Source: a candidate division FCPU426 bacterium (GTDB lineage: Bacteria > Oederibacteriota > Muellerivitia > Muellerivitales > Muellerivitaceae). From it: DNA of 64,000 bases. A model generated the notes under the pieces. The model did no database searches and had not been told where the DNA came from. It saw nothing but the letters and a program-made list of their open reading frames with translations. This document shows, one piece after another, positions 18,699 to 28,966 of the stretch (position 1 is its first letter; every line of letters starts with the position of its first letter). The translations under genes were made by a program, and so were the position numbers. The stretch is from the NCBI GenBank assembly GCA_963796105.1, contig CAWCKJ010000004.1, forward strand, positions 1,184,001-1,248,000, in the 5' to 3' direction.

Positions 18699-20885
18699 AT
18701 GAACAAGACCCTATTACTCTTTTTTCTATTCCTGTCCTGCCCGCTTTGGGCCGATCCCGCACGGTCGGCCCCCACCCCACCCCTCCTCCTTCCCATCCAG
18801 GATCCTTCCAACGGCAAATGGGGGTACATGGACGAACAGGGCCATCTTCTCATCCCCGCGAAATACGAAATGGCTTATTCCTTCAGCGAGGGGCTGGCCG
18901 ACGTGGGCCTGGAAGACATCTACCGGTTATGCAAGCATGGATTCATCGATACCCGGGGAACAATCGTCATTCCATGTATCTACAGTTGTGTAATTGATTT
19001 TAAACACGGCCAATCCCTAGTCGAGTTGGGCGACCGGTGGGGGATCCTAGACAAAACCGGCAAGTATGTCATCTATCCCCAATATCGGAACCTTTCTGGT
19101 TTTAGCGAGGGTCTGGTCATGGCGGCGAGCCAAACCCTGAGGGGTTACCTGAATGAACAGGGTAAGTACCAGATCCCCGAACAATTCGAGGACGCGCGCG
19201 ATTTCAGCGGGGGGTTGGCGGCCGTATCCAAGGGTGGTTTGTACGGTTACATCGACCACCGGGGCAAGACCGTGATCGGGTTTAACTTCTCGGACGCCAA
19301 TAATTTTTCCGAGGGCCTGGCCGCAGCGGCGAACGAAGACGAAAAATGGGGTTACATCAACTGCCGGGGAAAATGGATGATCCCGCCCCGCTTCGATGAG
19401 GCCTTTGCTTTCGAGGGGGGAATGGCCGAAGTCGTGCAGGGCAAGAAATATTTCTTCATCGACAAGGGGGGGAAGCCGCTCTTGCCCGGCGCCTACGAGG
19501 ATCTTTACAACTATGAGGAAGGCCTGGCGGCGGCCAAGGTCCAGGGGCATTGGGGCTTCATTGACCGGAAGGGCCAATGGGTGATTGAACCCAAATATAA
19601 GGAAGTCGATTCCTTCACAGCAGGCTGGGCCTCGGTGACCGATGATTCGAACGAGACCTTCTACCTCTCCCCCACGGGCAAGACCCTCAGCTACACCCCC
19701 GCCTTTACCTGGGATGGGGGCACGACGGTCTACCTGCTGATCCTGCTCCTGCCCGCGTTTTTATCCCGCCTGATCTGCCGCCAAAGGAAAAAGGAACTAG
19801 TGGGAATGCCCCGGGAGGAGGCCACGCAGACCTATTACCGCCTGGGCCTGAACTTAAACTGGTATTACATGGCCTATGTCTTCTGGTTTTTCGCCGGGCC
19901 TGGGTTGACGGGAGAAACGAATAATTACCAGATTTTGTGCGGGGCGCTCTGGAAGGCCTTTCATGGGCTCGCGAAGACACCCAAAATCCAAGCCAGCCTC
20001 TACCAGATGATCTGGTCGTTTCTCATCGCCCTTCTCTTCGTTCTGGGGACCGTCTTGACGCGGACCGCGGTCTTTAAGATCGACCAGGCCCTTCGGGGAA
20101 CCACCTGGACCTTCTCCTATTACCTAAAGATGATCATGGTGTTCCAGTTGTTCATCATTTCCCCGATGATCCTCTGGTTCGGGATCTCGCCCTTTTTGGA
20201 GGTCGGATCACTGATCTATTACCTCGCCTTGGCCCTTTTCCTCGTTTTCATATACGCCCTATCGCCTTTCTTCCTGCGGGCTCTCTACCGCGCCAGGCCC
20301 CTGGAGAATCCCGCTCTTCAGGAGGGGGTGGAAAGGCTGCTAAAGAAGGCCGGGATCAAGGTGGGGGCCGTGCTGCTGATGGGGACCCGGTCCTCGAAGA
20401 CGGCTAATGCCATGGTTTCGGGCCTCTTTCCCTTTTTCCGTTACATCTTTTTCACCGACTACCTGATCGAAAAGTTCACGCCGGGGGAGGTCGAAGCCGT
20501 GCTGGCCCATGAGATCGGGCACATCAAGAAATGGCACCAATGGTTTTATGTGGTTTTGGTCTTTGCCTGGGCGCTCGCCACCAAACCGATGGTCGAGGCG
20601 GTCTATCCTTTCCTTCAAAGCACGGGCATCTCGATCGTGTTCTTCTTTCTGGCCTGGTTTTACCTGTTTTACGGCATCCTGTACAAATTCTTCTCGCGTA
20701 TCTTCGAGCGCCAAGCCGACGTCTATTGCGTCAAATTGACCGAGAAAAAGGAAACCTTCATTTCGGCCCTCAATAAGCTGGCGGAGCTCAATTTTTCCAC
20801 AAGGCGCTGGACCCCCCTGGACCGCATCCTCAAGACCCATCCCGACTTCGAGGCCAGGGTAAAACGCCTCCAAGAAATGCCCTAG
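18699..20885 (+). CDS. WG-repeat protein fused to an M48 (HtpX/Ste24-like) zinc protease
   Basis: Signal peptide; repeated WGY/FID..G...I...FSEGLA; TM block; ANAMVSG, VLAHEIGH, ERQAD and THP. Confidence 0.85.
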   Translation: MNKTLLLFFLFLSCPLWADPARSAPTPPLLLPIQDPSNGKWGYMDEQGHLLIPAKYEMAYSFSEGLADVGLEDIYRLCKHGFIDTRGTIVIPCIYSCVIDFKHGQSLVELGDRWGILDKTGKYVIYPQYRNLSGFSEGLVMAASQTLRGYLNEQGKYQIPEQFEDARDFSGGLAAVSKGGLYGYIDHRGKTVIGFNFSDANNFSEGLAAAANEDEKWGYINCRGKWMIPPRFDEAFAFEGGMAEVVQGKKYFFIDKGGKPLLPGAYEDLYNYEEGLAAAKVQGHWGFIDRKGQWVIEPKYKEVDSFTAGWASVTDDSNETFYLSPTGKTLSYTPAFTWDGGTTVYLLILLLPAFLSRLICRQRKKELVGMPREEATQTYYRLGLNLNWYYMAYVFWFFAGPGLTGETNNYQILCGALWKAFHGLAKTPKIQASLYQMIWSFLIALLFVLGTVLTRTAVFKIDQALRGTTWTFSYYLKMIMVFQLFIISPMILWFGISPFLEVGSLIYYLALALFLVFIYALSPFFLRALYRARPLENPALQEGVERLLKKAGIKVGAVLLMGTRSSKTANAMVSGLFPFFRYIFFTDYLIEKFTPGEVEAVLAHEIGHIKKWHQWFYVVLVFAWALATKPMVEAVYPFLQSTGISIVFFFLAWFYLFYGILYKFFSRIFERQADVYCVKLTEKKETFISALNKLAELNFSTRRWTPLDRILKTHPDFEARVKRLQEMP

Positions 20886-21226
20886 CTGAAGCCTAGGCCA
20901 ACCTCAATATTTTGCGTCAAATGGTTTGGACACCTTGGCAAGTAAAAGGGAAATGGTAAGTGAAAAATTCCCGAGTGGCGATACCCAAGAAAAGACTGTA
21001 CGATCGGCGGGAATCTGGTATCTCCGTGATTTTATGCTCCTATAGCTTTAACTCTTTGCGCTTTGGCATTGATCTTAAGGGGCTTGGGTTGGGATTAGAA
21101 CGGCTTCAGCGCTGTTCTTCCATGAAAATCCAGGGTACTGACTGCCCTTTCCAAAAGCAAGAAGCGGGTGGCTCCTGTCTTCCTTTTCCCATATAGTTCC
21201 TTTAGCCTTTAGAAAAGGGGACTGTT

Positions 21227-22057
21227 GTGAAAAACCGCGATTACGATCGGATTGAAAAAGCCATCCTATATTTAGAGGGCCATTGGCCCGACCAGCCCGG
21301 TTTGGAAGATACCGCGAGGGCGGTGGGGCTGAGCCCCTTTCATTTCCAGCGGTTGTTCAGGCGTTGGGCGGGCATCAGCCCCAAGCGTTTTTTACAGTAC
21401 CTGACGGCGGGAAACGCCAAGCGCAGACTGCGGGAATCCCAAAGCCTTTTGGAAGCGGCTTATGATTCCGGCCTTTCCGGGCCCGGGCGGCTGCACGACC
21501 TTTTCGTCTCCGTGGAAGCCATGACCCCTGGGGAATACAAGTCCCAAGGGGAAGGGCTGTCCATCGGGTATGGATTCCATGAAACGCCCTTTGGGAAGGC
21601 CCTCGTGGCCGTGACTTCCCGGGGCGTATGCGGTTTCTCATTCCTGGGCGATAAGGGGGATAAGCCGGCCCTTGAGGAATTGAAAAGTAACTGGCCCAAA
21701 AGCCGGTTGACCTCGGAAAAAGAAAAGACGGGGTTGGTCCTAGGCCGCCTTTTCGATCCGGGAGCGGGCCGCGGCAAGCTCCAAATCCTCCTGAAAGGGA
21801 CGGCATTTCAAATCAAGGTATGGGAGGCTTTGCTCCGAATCCCTCCCGGCGCGGTTTGCGCCTACAAGGACGTGGCTAAAAGAATCGGGGTCCCCAAAGC
21901 CTCGCGGGCCGTAGGCACGGCCATCGGCCAAAATCCCATCGCCTACCTCATCCCCTGCCACCGGGTGATCCGCGAAACGGGAGTCATCGGCGATTACCGC
22001 TGGGGAACCGCGAGGAAAAAAGCCATCCTGGCCTGGGAAGAGGCAAAGTCCACATAA
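21227..22057 (+). CDS. AraC-HTH / methylated-DNA-protein-cysteine methyltransferase (Ada/Ogt-like)
   Basis: LSPFHFQRLF HTH; GTAFQIKVWEALLRIP; RAVG; PCHRV active site. Confidence 0.93.
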   Translation: MKNRDYDRIEKAILYLEGHWPDQPGLEDTARAVGLSPFHFQRLFRRWAGISPKRFLQYLTAGNAKRRLRESQSLLEAAYDSGLSGPGRLHDLFVSVEAMTPGEYKSQGEGLSIGYGFHETPFGKALVAVTSRGVCGFSFLGDKGDKPALEELKSNWPKSRLTSEKEKTGLVLGRLFDPGAGRGKLQILLKGTAFQIKVWEALLRIPPGAVCAYKDVAKRIGVPKASRAVGTAIGQNPIAYLIPCHRVIRETGVIGDYRWGTARKKAILAWEEAKST

Positions 22058-22519
22058 GTAAAAAAAGGGTCTGAATTCATGCCCCTCGGCATGAATTAGG
22101 GAACATTCATCACTTTAAACCAGTCTCAATAGTTCACCCCATATGTTTTAGAAGCCTTGGCAAGAAATAAAGAGGTTGTGAGAGAAGAAACCTCGAGTGG
22201 AAATCTTCCGGAAACGCCGATGTTCTCGGATGGCCTGGAAGAACGAAAGTTCCTCGGTTCCAGGATTCATTAAAGAGGCTCCTTTGGGGGCTGCGTATGG
22301 CGGTGAAAGAGGCCAGTCAAGACGGAACGAATCCGGCCACCTGTAACGGATGAAAGCGGCCACCTGCGGAGCGAAGCGACGAGGGTTATCCTCTTGATGT
22401 TGGAAGAAACATTTGATCCTTCCGTGTTGAAACTCAAATAGTTCAGGGGATGATAGTCCAATTTAACCTCGTTTGAAAAGGTTTGATTAAATCCTCCCTT
22501 CGTATAATCCTTTTTCCCA

Positions 22520-23260
22520 TTATTTTCGACCTGCCCTTCGGGTTTTCCGCATGGATTCTCCCTTCATGGTGATCTTGTGAGCGTTGTGCACCAAACGATC
22601 CAGGATGGCGTCGGAAAGAGTTGGGTTTCCCAAAGCGTCATGCCATTTCTCCACCGGAATTTGGGCGGCTACTAGAGTGGACTTGCGGTCGTAGCGATCT
22701 TCCAGAATCTCAAATAAAGCCCGCCGTTGTTCATCTACCAATGGCATGGAAGCCCAATCGTCCAAGATCAAAAGATCAAACTTGGCCAGGTAGGAAAGAA
22801 GTTTTAAATACTTTCCGTCCACCCGGGAGACAGCCAATTCCTCAAAGAGCCGGGGGAATCTCAAGTAAAGAACCCGATGGCCTTCCCGGCAGGCCTTTTG
22901 CCCAAAGGCACAAGCTAGATAACTCTTGCCCGCCCCTGTGGGCCCCACAATCAGACAGTTATCGTGGTCTGAAATCCATCGGCACGAAGCCAGGGACATC
23001 ACTTGGCCTTTGTCCAGCCCTCGGGGTTGCTTGAAGTCTAAATCTTCCACACAGGCGTTCAAGCGAAGCTTGGCCGTGCGGAGGCGGCTTTTGAGCTTTT
23101 TGTTCTCCCGTGTCGTCATCTCCCGGTCCACCAAAAGCCCAAGTCTTTCTTCGAAACTCAAGGATTTGCAGTTCTTGTTTTCTATCTGCTCCTTGTAAGC
23201 CGTAAGCATTCCTTCCAGGCGTAAGTCGGACAGCTTTTCCAACATCGGTTGAGCCAACAT
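22520..23260 (-). CDS. istB: IS21 helper ATPase IstB
   Basis: GPTGAGKS Walker A; LLILDDW; DAILDRLVHNAH; GESMRK. Confidence 0.95.
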   Translation of the reverse strand: MLAQPMLEKLSDLRLEGMLTAYKEQIENKNCKSLSFEERLGLLVDREMTTRENKKLKSRLRTAKLRLNACVEDLDFKQPRGLDKGQVMSLASCRWISDHDNCLIVGPTGAGKSYLACAFGQKACREGHRVLYLRFPRLFEELAVSRVDGKYLKLLSYLAKFDLLILDDWASMPLVDEQRRALFEILEDRYDRKSTLVAAQIPVEKWHDALGNPTLSDAILDRLVHNAHKITMKGESMRKTRRAGRK

Positions 23261-23270
23261 ATTTTCTCCT

Positions 23271-24827
23271 TTAGTTTTGAGTTTGGTAATACTCCGCGCC
23301 TCTCACAAACTCATGGGTGAGGGCGGGTAATACCGGCTGTTCGGACTCAAGGGGTTTTTGATCCAGTCCCAACTTGAGGATGGACTCGATGTTGTGATAA
23401 CGGGGAGAAGGGATGCTCGAGGCCCTGCGGCAGGCTGCTTCCAGACGATCCTTGCCGTATTTTTTGCCCAACCTCATAATGCCAAGACAAGACCTGTAAC
23501 CCTGCTCAGGGTGGAAGTGAGAAGCCAATATCTTCTCCACCACGGCCCTTGTGGCTTCACCCGACTCACCCGCCCATTGGGCCAACCTCACCGGTGTCCA
23601 TTCGGCATACTGGCGGTGGCCTTGAGGCATATGCTCCAAAACCGTTGTGTGTCGGTGCTCAACGAAAGATCGTGCGTGACTGGCCACTCTTTTGCCTTGG
23701 TGGAAGATTTCCACCACACTAGAGGTAAGCCGGACATCCAGTTGTTGGCGCACCAGTTGGTAGGGCACGCTGTAATAATGCTTTTGGACTTCAACGTGGT
23801 AGTCAATGTTCACCCGAACCTTTTTCCATTCAGCGAATTCGTAGGGCTGTGAGGGTAGTGGCTTCAAAAGGGGTTTTTCCAGGGTTTCAAAGAGGGTTTG
23901 GCGGTTGGAAGAAAGCTTTTGGAAGGGCCGCTGGTTGTAGACCTGAAGGAGTTCCCAAATGGCTTCATTGAGTTCTTGAAGGGAGAAGAAGGTACGGTTG
24001 CGCAAAGGAGCCAGGATGCGGCGCTCTACCCCTTGAACTCCCACCTCCACTTTTGCCTTGTCCCGAGGTTTGACTGGGCGGGCAGGGAGAACGGCGATGC
24101 CGTAATGCTCAGCCATTTCCTGATAGGTGCGGTTGAGGAAAGGTTCATACCGATGGGCGGTGGTAACTCCGGACTTCAAATTGTCCGGGATCAGCAGTTC
24201 GCAAACTCCACCCATGAACTCGAACGTTCTTACGTGTGAGGCGATCCAGTTGGGCAGTTCCTGGCTCCAAGTGGCTTCCACGTAGGTATAGTTGCTCGCT
24301 CCTAGCACGGCCACGAAGATCTGGGCTTCCCTCACTTCGCCGGTTTGACGATCCACTACACCCATGGTCATTCCGGCGTAGTCCACGAACATCTTTTCAC
24401 CGGCCTTGTGGGTCTGCCGCATCACCGGCTCCAACGTCTTCTCCCACTGTCGGTAATGCACGCGGAACTGTGTGTACTGGTAGCCTTGAGGGTTGGCCTG
24501 CTGGTATTCCTCCCACAAAAGCTGGAGGGTAACCCCTTTCTTTTTGAGTTCCTTGTGGAGGTATAGAAAATCAGGAAAGGGTCTTGAGGCGTTTTTTTCG
24601 AACTTTAAAGGGCCGGAGGGAAAAAAGAGTTTCTCCAACTGCACATCGTTCAATTCTGGTGGCAGGGGCCAAGTGAGTTGGGCTTGAGCCGCCTTCTTGA
24701 GGAACCCTTGGATGGTTGTCCGGCCAACCCCGATGGCCTGAGCCATCTGTCGTTCACTGAGGTTTTTCTCGAATCTCAACCGCAAAACTTCACGAATCTG
24801 GCGCATAGGTATCCTTGCTCTTGGCAT
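23271..24827 (-). CDS. istA: IS21 transposase IstA
   Basis: MRQIREVLRL, HKAGEKMFVDYAG, PDNLKSGV and PRDKAKVE; GGAGG RBS before ATG 24827. Confidence 0.95.
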   Translation of the reverse strand: MPRARIPMRQIREVLRLRFEKNLSERQMAQAIGVGRTTIQGFLKKAAQAQLTWPLPPELNDVQLEKLFFPSGPLKFEKNASRPFPDFLYLHKELKKKGVTLQLLWEEYQQANPQGYQYTQFRVHYRQWEKTLEPVMRQTHKAGEKMFVDYAGMTMGVVDRQTGEVREAQIFVAVLGASNYTYVEATWSQELPNWIASHVRTFEFMGGVCELLIPDNLKSGVTTAHRYEPFLNRTYQEMAEHYGIAVLPARPVKPRDKAKVEVGVQGVERRILAPLRNRTFFSLQELNEAIWELLQVYNQRPFQKLSSNRQTLFETLEKPLLKPLPSQPYEFAEWKKVRVNIDYHVEVQKHYYSVPYQLVRQQLDVRLTSSVVEIFHQGKRVASHARSFVEHRHTTVLEHMPQGHRQYAEWTPVRLAQWAGESGEATRAVVEKILASHFHPEQGYRSCLGIMRLGKKYGKDRLEAACRRASSIPSPRYHNIESILKLGLDQKPLESEQPVLPALTHEFVRGAEYYQTQN

Positions 24828-25094
24828 GGTTCCTCCCGTTGATAGTGTCCAACGGGGAGTCACCGTACCATTTTGGTAAGGATTCCCTCTGTCGCTTGGT
24901 CCTAAAAGCTCCTCAATAAACTATCCGGCAAAGGTGGCCGGATTGGGCCGTCACAGGTGGCCGCTTTGCTCCGTTTTAGGTGGCCGGATTCAACCGTTTT
25001 GGGTGGCCGCTTTCGTCCGTTTTACGCAGGGGGCATTTCATTAAAATGTACGATTTGCAGAAATGACCGTTAAAAGGTATAATTTGCAAACGTT

Positions 25095-25907
25095 ATGAAA
25101 ATGCAAAAACGACAATATGCCGCCCGCTGGATCGAGGAACTACTAAGCCAAGGGCGTCACACCTTTACACGCCAGGAAGCCCAGAGTCACCTGAAGACTT
25201 CCCCCATGGCGGCCTATCGCGCGTTTTACCGTTTGGTCAGGGAATCGCGGTTGGCGATGCCGAAAGCCGGGTTTTATGTCATCGTGGACCCGCCATATCG
25301 GGCGGCCCGTATCCCGCCACCGGATTGGTTCATCCATTCCTTCATGGAAACCGAGAAAAAACCTTATTACGTCGGGCTTCTTTCAGCGGCACAAATCCAC
25401 GGGGCCGCCCATCATCGTCCACAAGAATTCCAGGTCGTGCTTCCCGCAAAGACACCAAGGCCAAGGCCCATTCAGATCGGCAATCTTCGAATCAGGTTTT
25501 TTAGCAAAAACCTCTTTGATAAATCGGAAAAGGTACAAATCAAAACCCCGACGGGATATGAAACGGTATCCACGCCCGAAACAACGGCTTGGGATTTGGT
25601 TCGCTTCTATAAATCGGCGGGTGGGTTGGACAACGTCATTACGGTATTATCGGAGCTGGGGGAAAAACTGGATGCCGGAAACCTCCTATTGACGGTCAAA
25701 CGCCACGGTGATCCATTTGTGGCACGTCGTCTGGGATGGCTCTTGGACCGTGCTGGATGGAAGAATCTTACTCCCGGACTCGCTAAATGGGTGAAAACCG
25801 GGAAACTCCCCTGGATTCCTCTCGAATCCCGCGAGAAGGTTGAAAAGGCATCACGAAATAAGAAGTGGCGCGTGCTGGTGAACGTCGAATTGGAACCCGA
25901 AGCATGA
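25095..25907 (+). CDS. Type IV TA antitoxin, AbiEi family
   Basis: GFYVIV, YYVGLLSAAQIHGAAHHRPQEFQV, STPETTAWDL and KWRVLVN. Confidence 0.85.
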   Translation: MKMQKRQYAARWIEELLSQGRHTFTRQEAQSHLKTSPMAAYRAFYRLVRESRLAMPKAGFYVIVDPPYRAARIPPPDWFIHSFMETEKKPYYVGLLSAAQIHGAAHHRPQEFQVVLPAKTPRPRPIQIGNLRIRFFSKNLFDKSEKVQIKTPTGYETVSTPETTAWDLVRFYKSAGGLDNVITVLSELGEKLDAGNLLLTVKRHGDPFVARRLGWLLDRAGWKNLTPGLAKWVKTGKLPWIPLESREKVEKASRNKKWRVLVNVELEPEA

Positions 25908-26110
25908 TTCCACAAGACATGATCACCCACTGGAAACAAAACGCTCCCTGGCCTAATGAGGCCTAACTCGTGTTTTAAAAGAACTTGGAAGCCAAACTGG
26001 AATTGGATTTCTTTCACGAGGATTTGAAGCCGTTACTGTCCGGCTCCGTCGATTATGAGGCGTTTCAAGCGGGAAAAATGGTTTCGGAACGGCTTTTGGA
26101 GCTGTTGTGA
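25904..26110 (+). pseudogene. Internally deleted AbiEii toxin remnant
   Basis: ATGA overlap; MIPQDMITHWKQNAPW then stop, followed by a C-terminal-like KNLEAKL...DLKPLL...ERLLELL; catalytic core absent. Confidence 0.7.
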
Positions 26111-26161
26111 AATGAAATAATGTTTTGGCGCAGAAAAGATCTTAATGATCTTTGGGTGTGC

Positions 26162-26503
26162 TTAGAACGGCTTCAGCGCTGTCCTTCCGTAGGCCACGAA
26201 GACGAGCAAGAGGCCTGGCACGAAAGCCCAGAGAAGGCCCAACCCGGTGTACTGGGTAAACAGCGCGATGCCCAACAGCACCAGGACGGCCAGGCCGATG
26301 GCGGCGAAGGGAACGAACTTGGGAAGGAATAAGCCGAGCGCGAACAGGGCCTCGAGCGCGCCGTAAGCCACCCAGGCCGGCTGGGGCAAAGAATTCAAGG
26401 CCCATGCCTTGGCGAGGTTCTGGTAATGAACGACCATGTACCCAGCCCCCACCAAATTCCACAAGGCCAGCAAGATTTGAAGAATCCATAACAAAATGTT
26501 CAT
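26162..26503 (-). CDS. DoxX-like small membrane protein
   Basis: MNILLWILQILLA start; GALEALFALGLFLP; four hydrophobic segments. Confidence 0.75.
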   Translation of the reverse strand: MNILLWILQILLALWNLVGAGYMVVHYQNLAKAWALNSLPQPAWVAYGALEALFALGLFLPKFVPFAAIGLAVLVLLGIALFTQYTGLGLLWAFVPGLLLVFVAYGRTALKPF

Positions 26504-27031
26504 TTACTTTCTCCTTAACCCAAGAATAAAAGTGTTGAAAAATCAATCTTCGATGGAATTTTTCAACGTAACCTTCATGGTAACCCCACCATTTCCTGCG
26601 GAAATCTTTGGGGTGGAGACTGTTGTAAGGACGCTTTTTGTCCCCGGAACTCCGTTCCAGGGACTTTTTCAACAGTCTCAGAATGATCATTCATATTAGG
26701 GAGGTTTAGGAAACCATTTCCAGCCCTCGAATAAATTTTTTCCTCCTTCGCTAAAGCTACGGAGGACAGGCCACTGGCGCTTGTTTGACGAAGATGCCTA
26801 TCTACTGAAGCTTAGTGAAGGTAGGTAGCGTAGCTGGATGCCTGTGGGGCTTCATCCGCGGGGGGATCACCGGCTGGGGGTAGCAGGGAGAAAAGGGGAC
26901 AGCGACTTTGCGGAGAGTGTATCGAACCAGTCGAGTGCCTTTTTTATTTTAGGGGTTAAATTTCTTCATAAAGTATCGTTTGCAAATGCTTCCTCTGAGT
27001 GTTCTTTTTTGCGAACGGTGTTTTAATGGTT

Positions 27032-27946
27032 TTACAATCCCAAAACTTTCCGCAAACGAGCGGATTGCTCCTCTCGTTTTTTGCCGCTCATTTGGCGGAT
27101 ATTTTCCAGCTTCCATCGTAAACCCGGCAGGCGCTCGATACCCGGTAATCCCAAGAGGTTCCAGTCCGGTTCACCATCCTTGAGGGACAACAAAAACTTC
27201 TTCTCCGGCATAGTCAAACCGTCATGGATCAGGCGCAATAATTTATCCCTGGTTTCCACCAACTGTTTCAGGTCCAGGGGTTCAAGGGTCATGCCCTTGA
27301 ATTCCTTCTCGAAAGCGGGTTTCATATCCTTCCATTTCGGCTTAAGCAGTTCATTCATGGGCCGGTCATGACTCGCGAGGTAAACTACGAAAGCCCTGCG
27401 AATCTCATGCGTTAACCCCTCATTCGCCAAAAGAAGATGAATATCAAAGAAGTCCCTCGGATGCTGGCGGTCCAGGGCCGCGCAAATTTTTCCGCCGTAA
27501 AGATCAGCCAAGGATAAGAGCCGCGAGGAAACCGAAAGCTCGAACATTTCCTCCGCTTTGCGGCAAAGAATGGCTTGTACGGGGGGGAAAATGGTTCCCC
27601 TAAGAACTAAATTGGGCTCAATCTTAATAGCGGCCTCTTGGCGCCGCACGGTGAGTTTTACAATGTGGCCGGTGCCGATTAATCGCTGTTCCTCGACATG
27701 GGCACCCAAGACCCGCCTGACCTGGGCGGCTAATTCCCGGAGTGACCTTGAAATTTCAGCGAGGGCTTCTTCCCTGGAATTCAGGGGAACATAAGTGAGG
27801 TCGATATCAACCGAGAGTCTCGGCATTTCCCGGATGAAAAGGTTGATGGCCGTACCGCCCTTTAAGGCGAAATGGCCCGACTTTTCAAGGAAGGGTAATA
27901 CCTGTAAAAGAAGCTTCGCTTGCTTGAAGTACCCCGTGTTTTTCAT
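27032..27946 (-). CDS. AbiEii/AbiGii nucleotidyltransferase toxin
   Basis: FALKGGTAINLF, RLSVDIDL and GKICAALDRQHPRDFFD. Confidence 0.92.
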   Translation of the reverse strand: MKNTGYFKQAKLLLQVLPFLEKSGHFALKGGTAINLFIREMPRLSVDIDLTYVPLNSREEALAEISRSLRELAAQVRRVLGAHVEEQRLIGTGHIVKLTVRRQEAAIKIEPNLVLRGTIFPPVQAILCRKAEEMFELSVSSRLLSLADLYGGKICAALDRQHPRDFFDIHLLLANEGLTHEIRRAFVVYLASHDRPMNELLKPKWKDMKPAFEKEFKGMTLEPLDLKQLVETRDKLLRLIHDGLTMPEKKFLLSLKDGEPDWNLLGLPGIERLPGLRWKLENIRQMSGKKREEQSARLRKVLGL

Positions 27947-28731
27947 GGGACATTCACGCGCGGCCTGGCGGGAACGGTGATTTGATATTTGGGATCGAAC
28001 GCGCCTCCCGGCACCACCACCCTTTTGCCTTTGCCTAAATCCACCTTCGAAAGGTTAAGCCGATGGAACCATGCGTGGTTAGCTTGTTCGGCTAGGTATA
28101 GGAAACACCTTTTTACCTTAACGGATTGGCAGGCCCTCAAGAGGGCAGTGACTAAGTCCGGCCTTAAAGTAGAAAGGCCCTCCATCAAATGGGACGCGCC
28201 TTCAAAGGTTGTGTTTCGTGGCATTAAAAGCAGGGTTTCGAGCATGGCCCTTTCAGGCGAGGACAGGGTTATACCGGCTTGCTCGTCCGAGGTAAAGCCC
28301 AATTCCTTTTTGTAGGGGAGAAAATCCGTTGTTTGGTATTGGATCTTATTGCCCCAATCAAATTTGAGAAACCAGGAGGGTGGTTTCGTCCCCTGGGGGC
28401 CGAAGAGATACACAGGAGGTATGGAGTTCATGGGAGCGGTATGGCCATAACCATGCCACCTCAAGGCGGTTTCACCCCCGGCGTGGATAGGAAGTTTAAG
28501 TTGCTGCTGGATGGCGTAAAGGCCCCCCGGCCAAAGGGGCTTACTTTCGGCCTTATAAAAAGCGCCCGGCCCTGCCGTCTTTAACCAACCGCCTTTTACA
28601 TAAGTGCGGGCTAAAAACCGGCTCACGCCCTTTTCCGTCAGCCATTTTTGAGTGACCATTCCGCCATGCGGGGGCCATCCCGTGAGAATTAAGTTTATTT
28701 TGCTTTTATTTTGTGTAGTCATACTACACAT
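27943..28731 (-). CDS. Type IV TA antitoxin, AbiEi family
   Basis: GGETAL, SSPERAMLE, CQSVKVKR, DLGKGKR and KYQITVP; 4-bp overlap with the toxin gene. Confidence 0.9.
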   Translation of the reverse strand: MCSMTTQNKSKINLILTGWPPHGGMVTQKWLTEKGVSRFLARTYVKGGWLKTAGPGAFYKAESKPLWPGGLYAIQQQLKLPIHAGGETALRWHGYGHTAPMNSIPPVYLFGPQGTKPPSWFLKFDWGNKIQYQTTDFLPYKKELGFTSDEQAGITLSSPERAMLETLLLMPRNTTFEGASHLMEGLSTLRPDLVTALLRACQSVKVKRCFLYLAEQANHAWFHRLNLSKVDLGKGKRVVVPGGAFDPKYQITVPARPRVNVP

Positions 28732-28785
28732 ATTAGCACCTTATTAAACCTTAGGAAGGATTTAGTTTATTTAAGATTAAAAATG

Positions 28786-28825
28786 TGTAGTTTATATACA
28801 CGTTTCAAAATTATTTTAAACTACA
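28786..28825. promoter_or_regulatory. Inverted repeat, candidate AbiEi autoregulatory operator
   Basis: TGTAGTTTA (28786-28794) / TAAACTACA (28817-28825) upstream of abiEi. Confidence 0.45.
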
Positions 28826-28966
28826 ACATCTAAACTGAACGCTAAAATAAATGATGTTACAGTTTAAAAATCATGTTACGGATTCCAGCCTCGATTGGCA
28901 GGATTGGGGAAGGGCGGCTCTTTTGCCTGCTATACTCCTAATCGTTTCATCCTCGACGGAGGTTTT

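Larger units (their letters stand above)
22292..25028 (-). mobile_element. Complete IS21-family element
   Basis: Ends TGCGTA...TACGCA with multiple internal CGGCCACC repeats; 6-bp target duplication GGGGGC at 22286-22291 and 25029-25034. Confidence 0.93.

Noticed and set aside
26740..26830. Short palindromes as an ncRNA (also at 11584-11633 and 33756-33846)
   Set aside because: They look like generic REP-like intergenic palindromes with no support for a defined RNA
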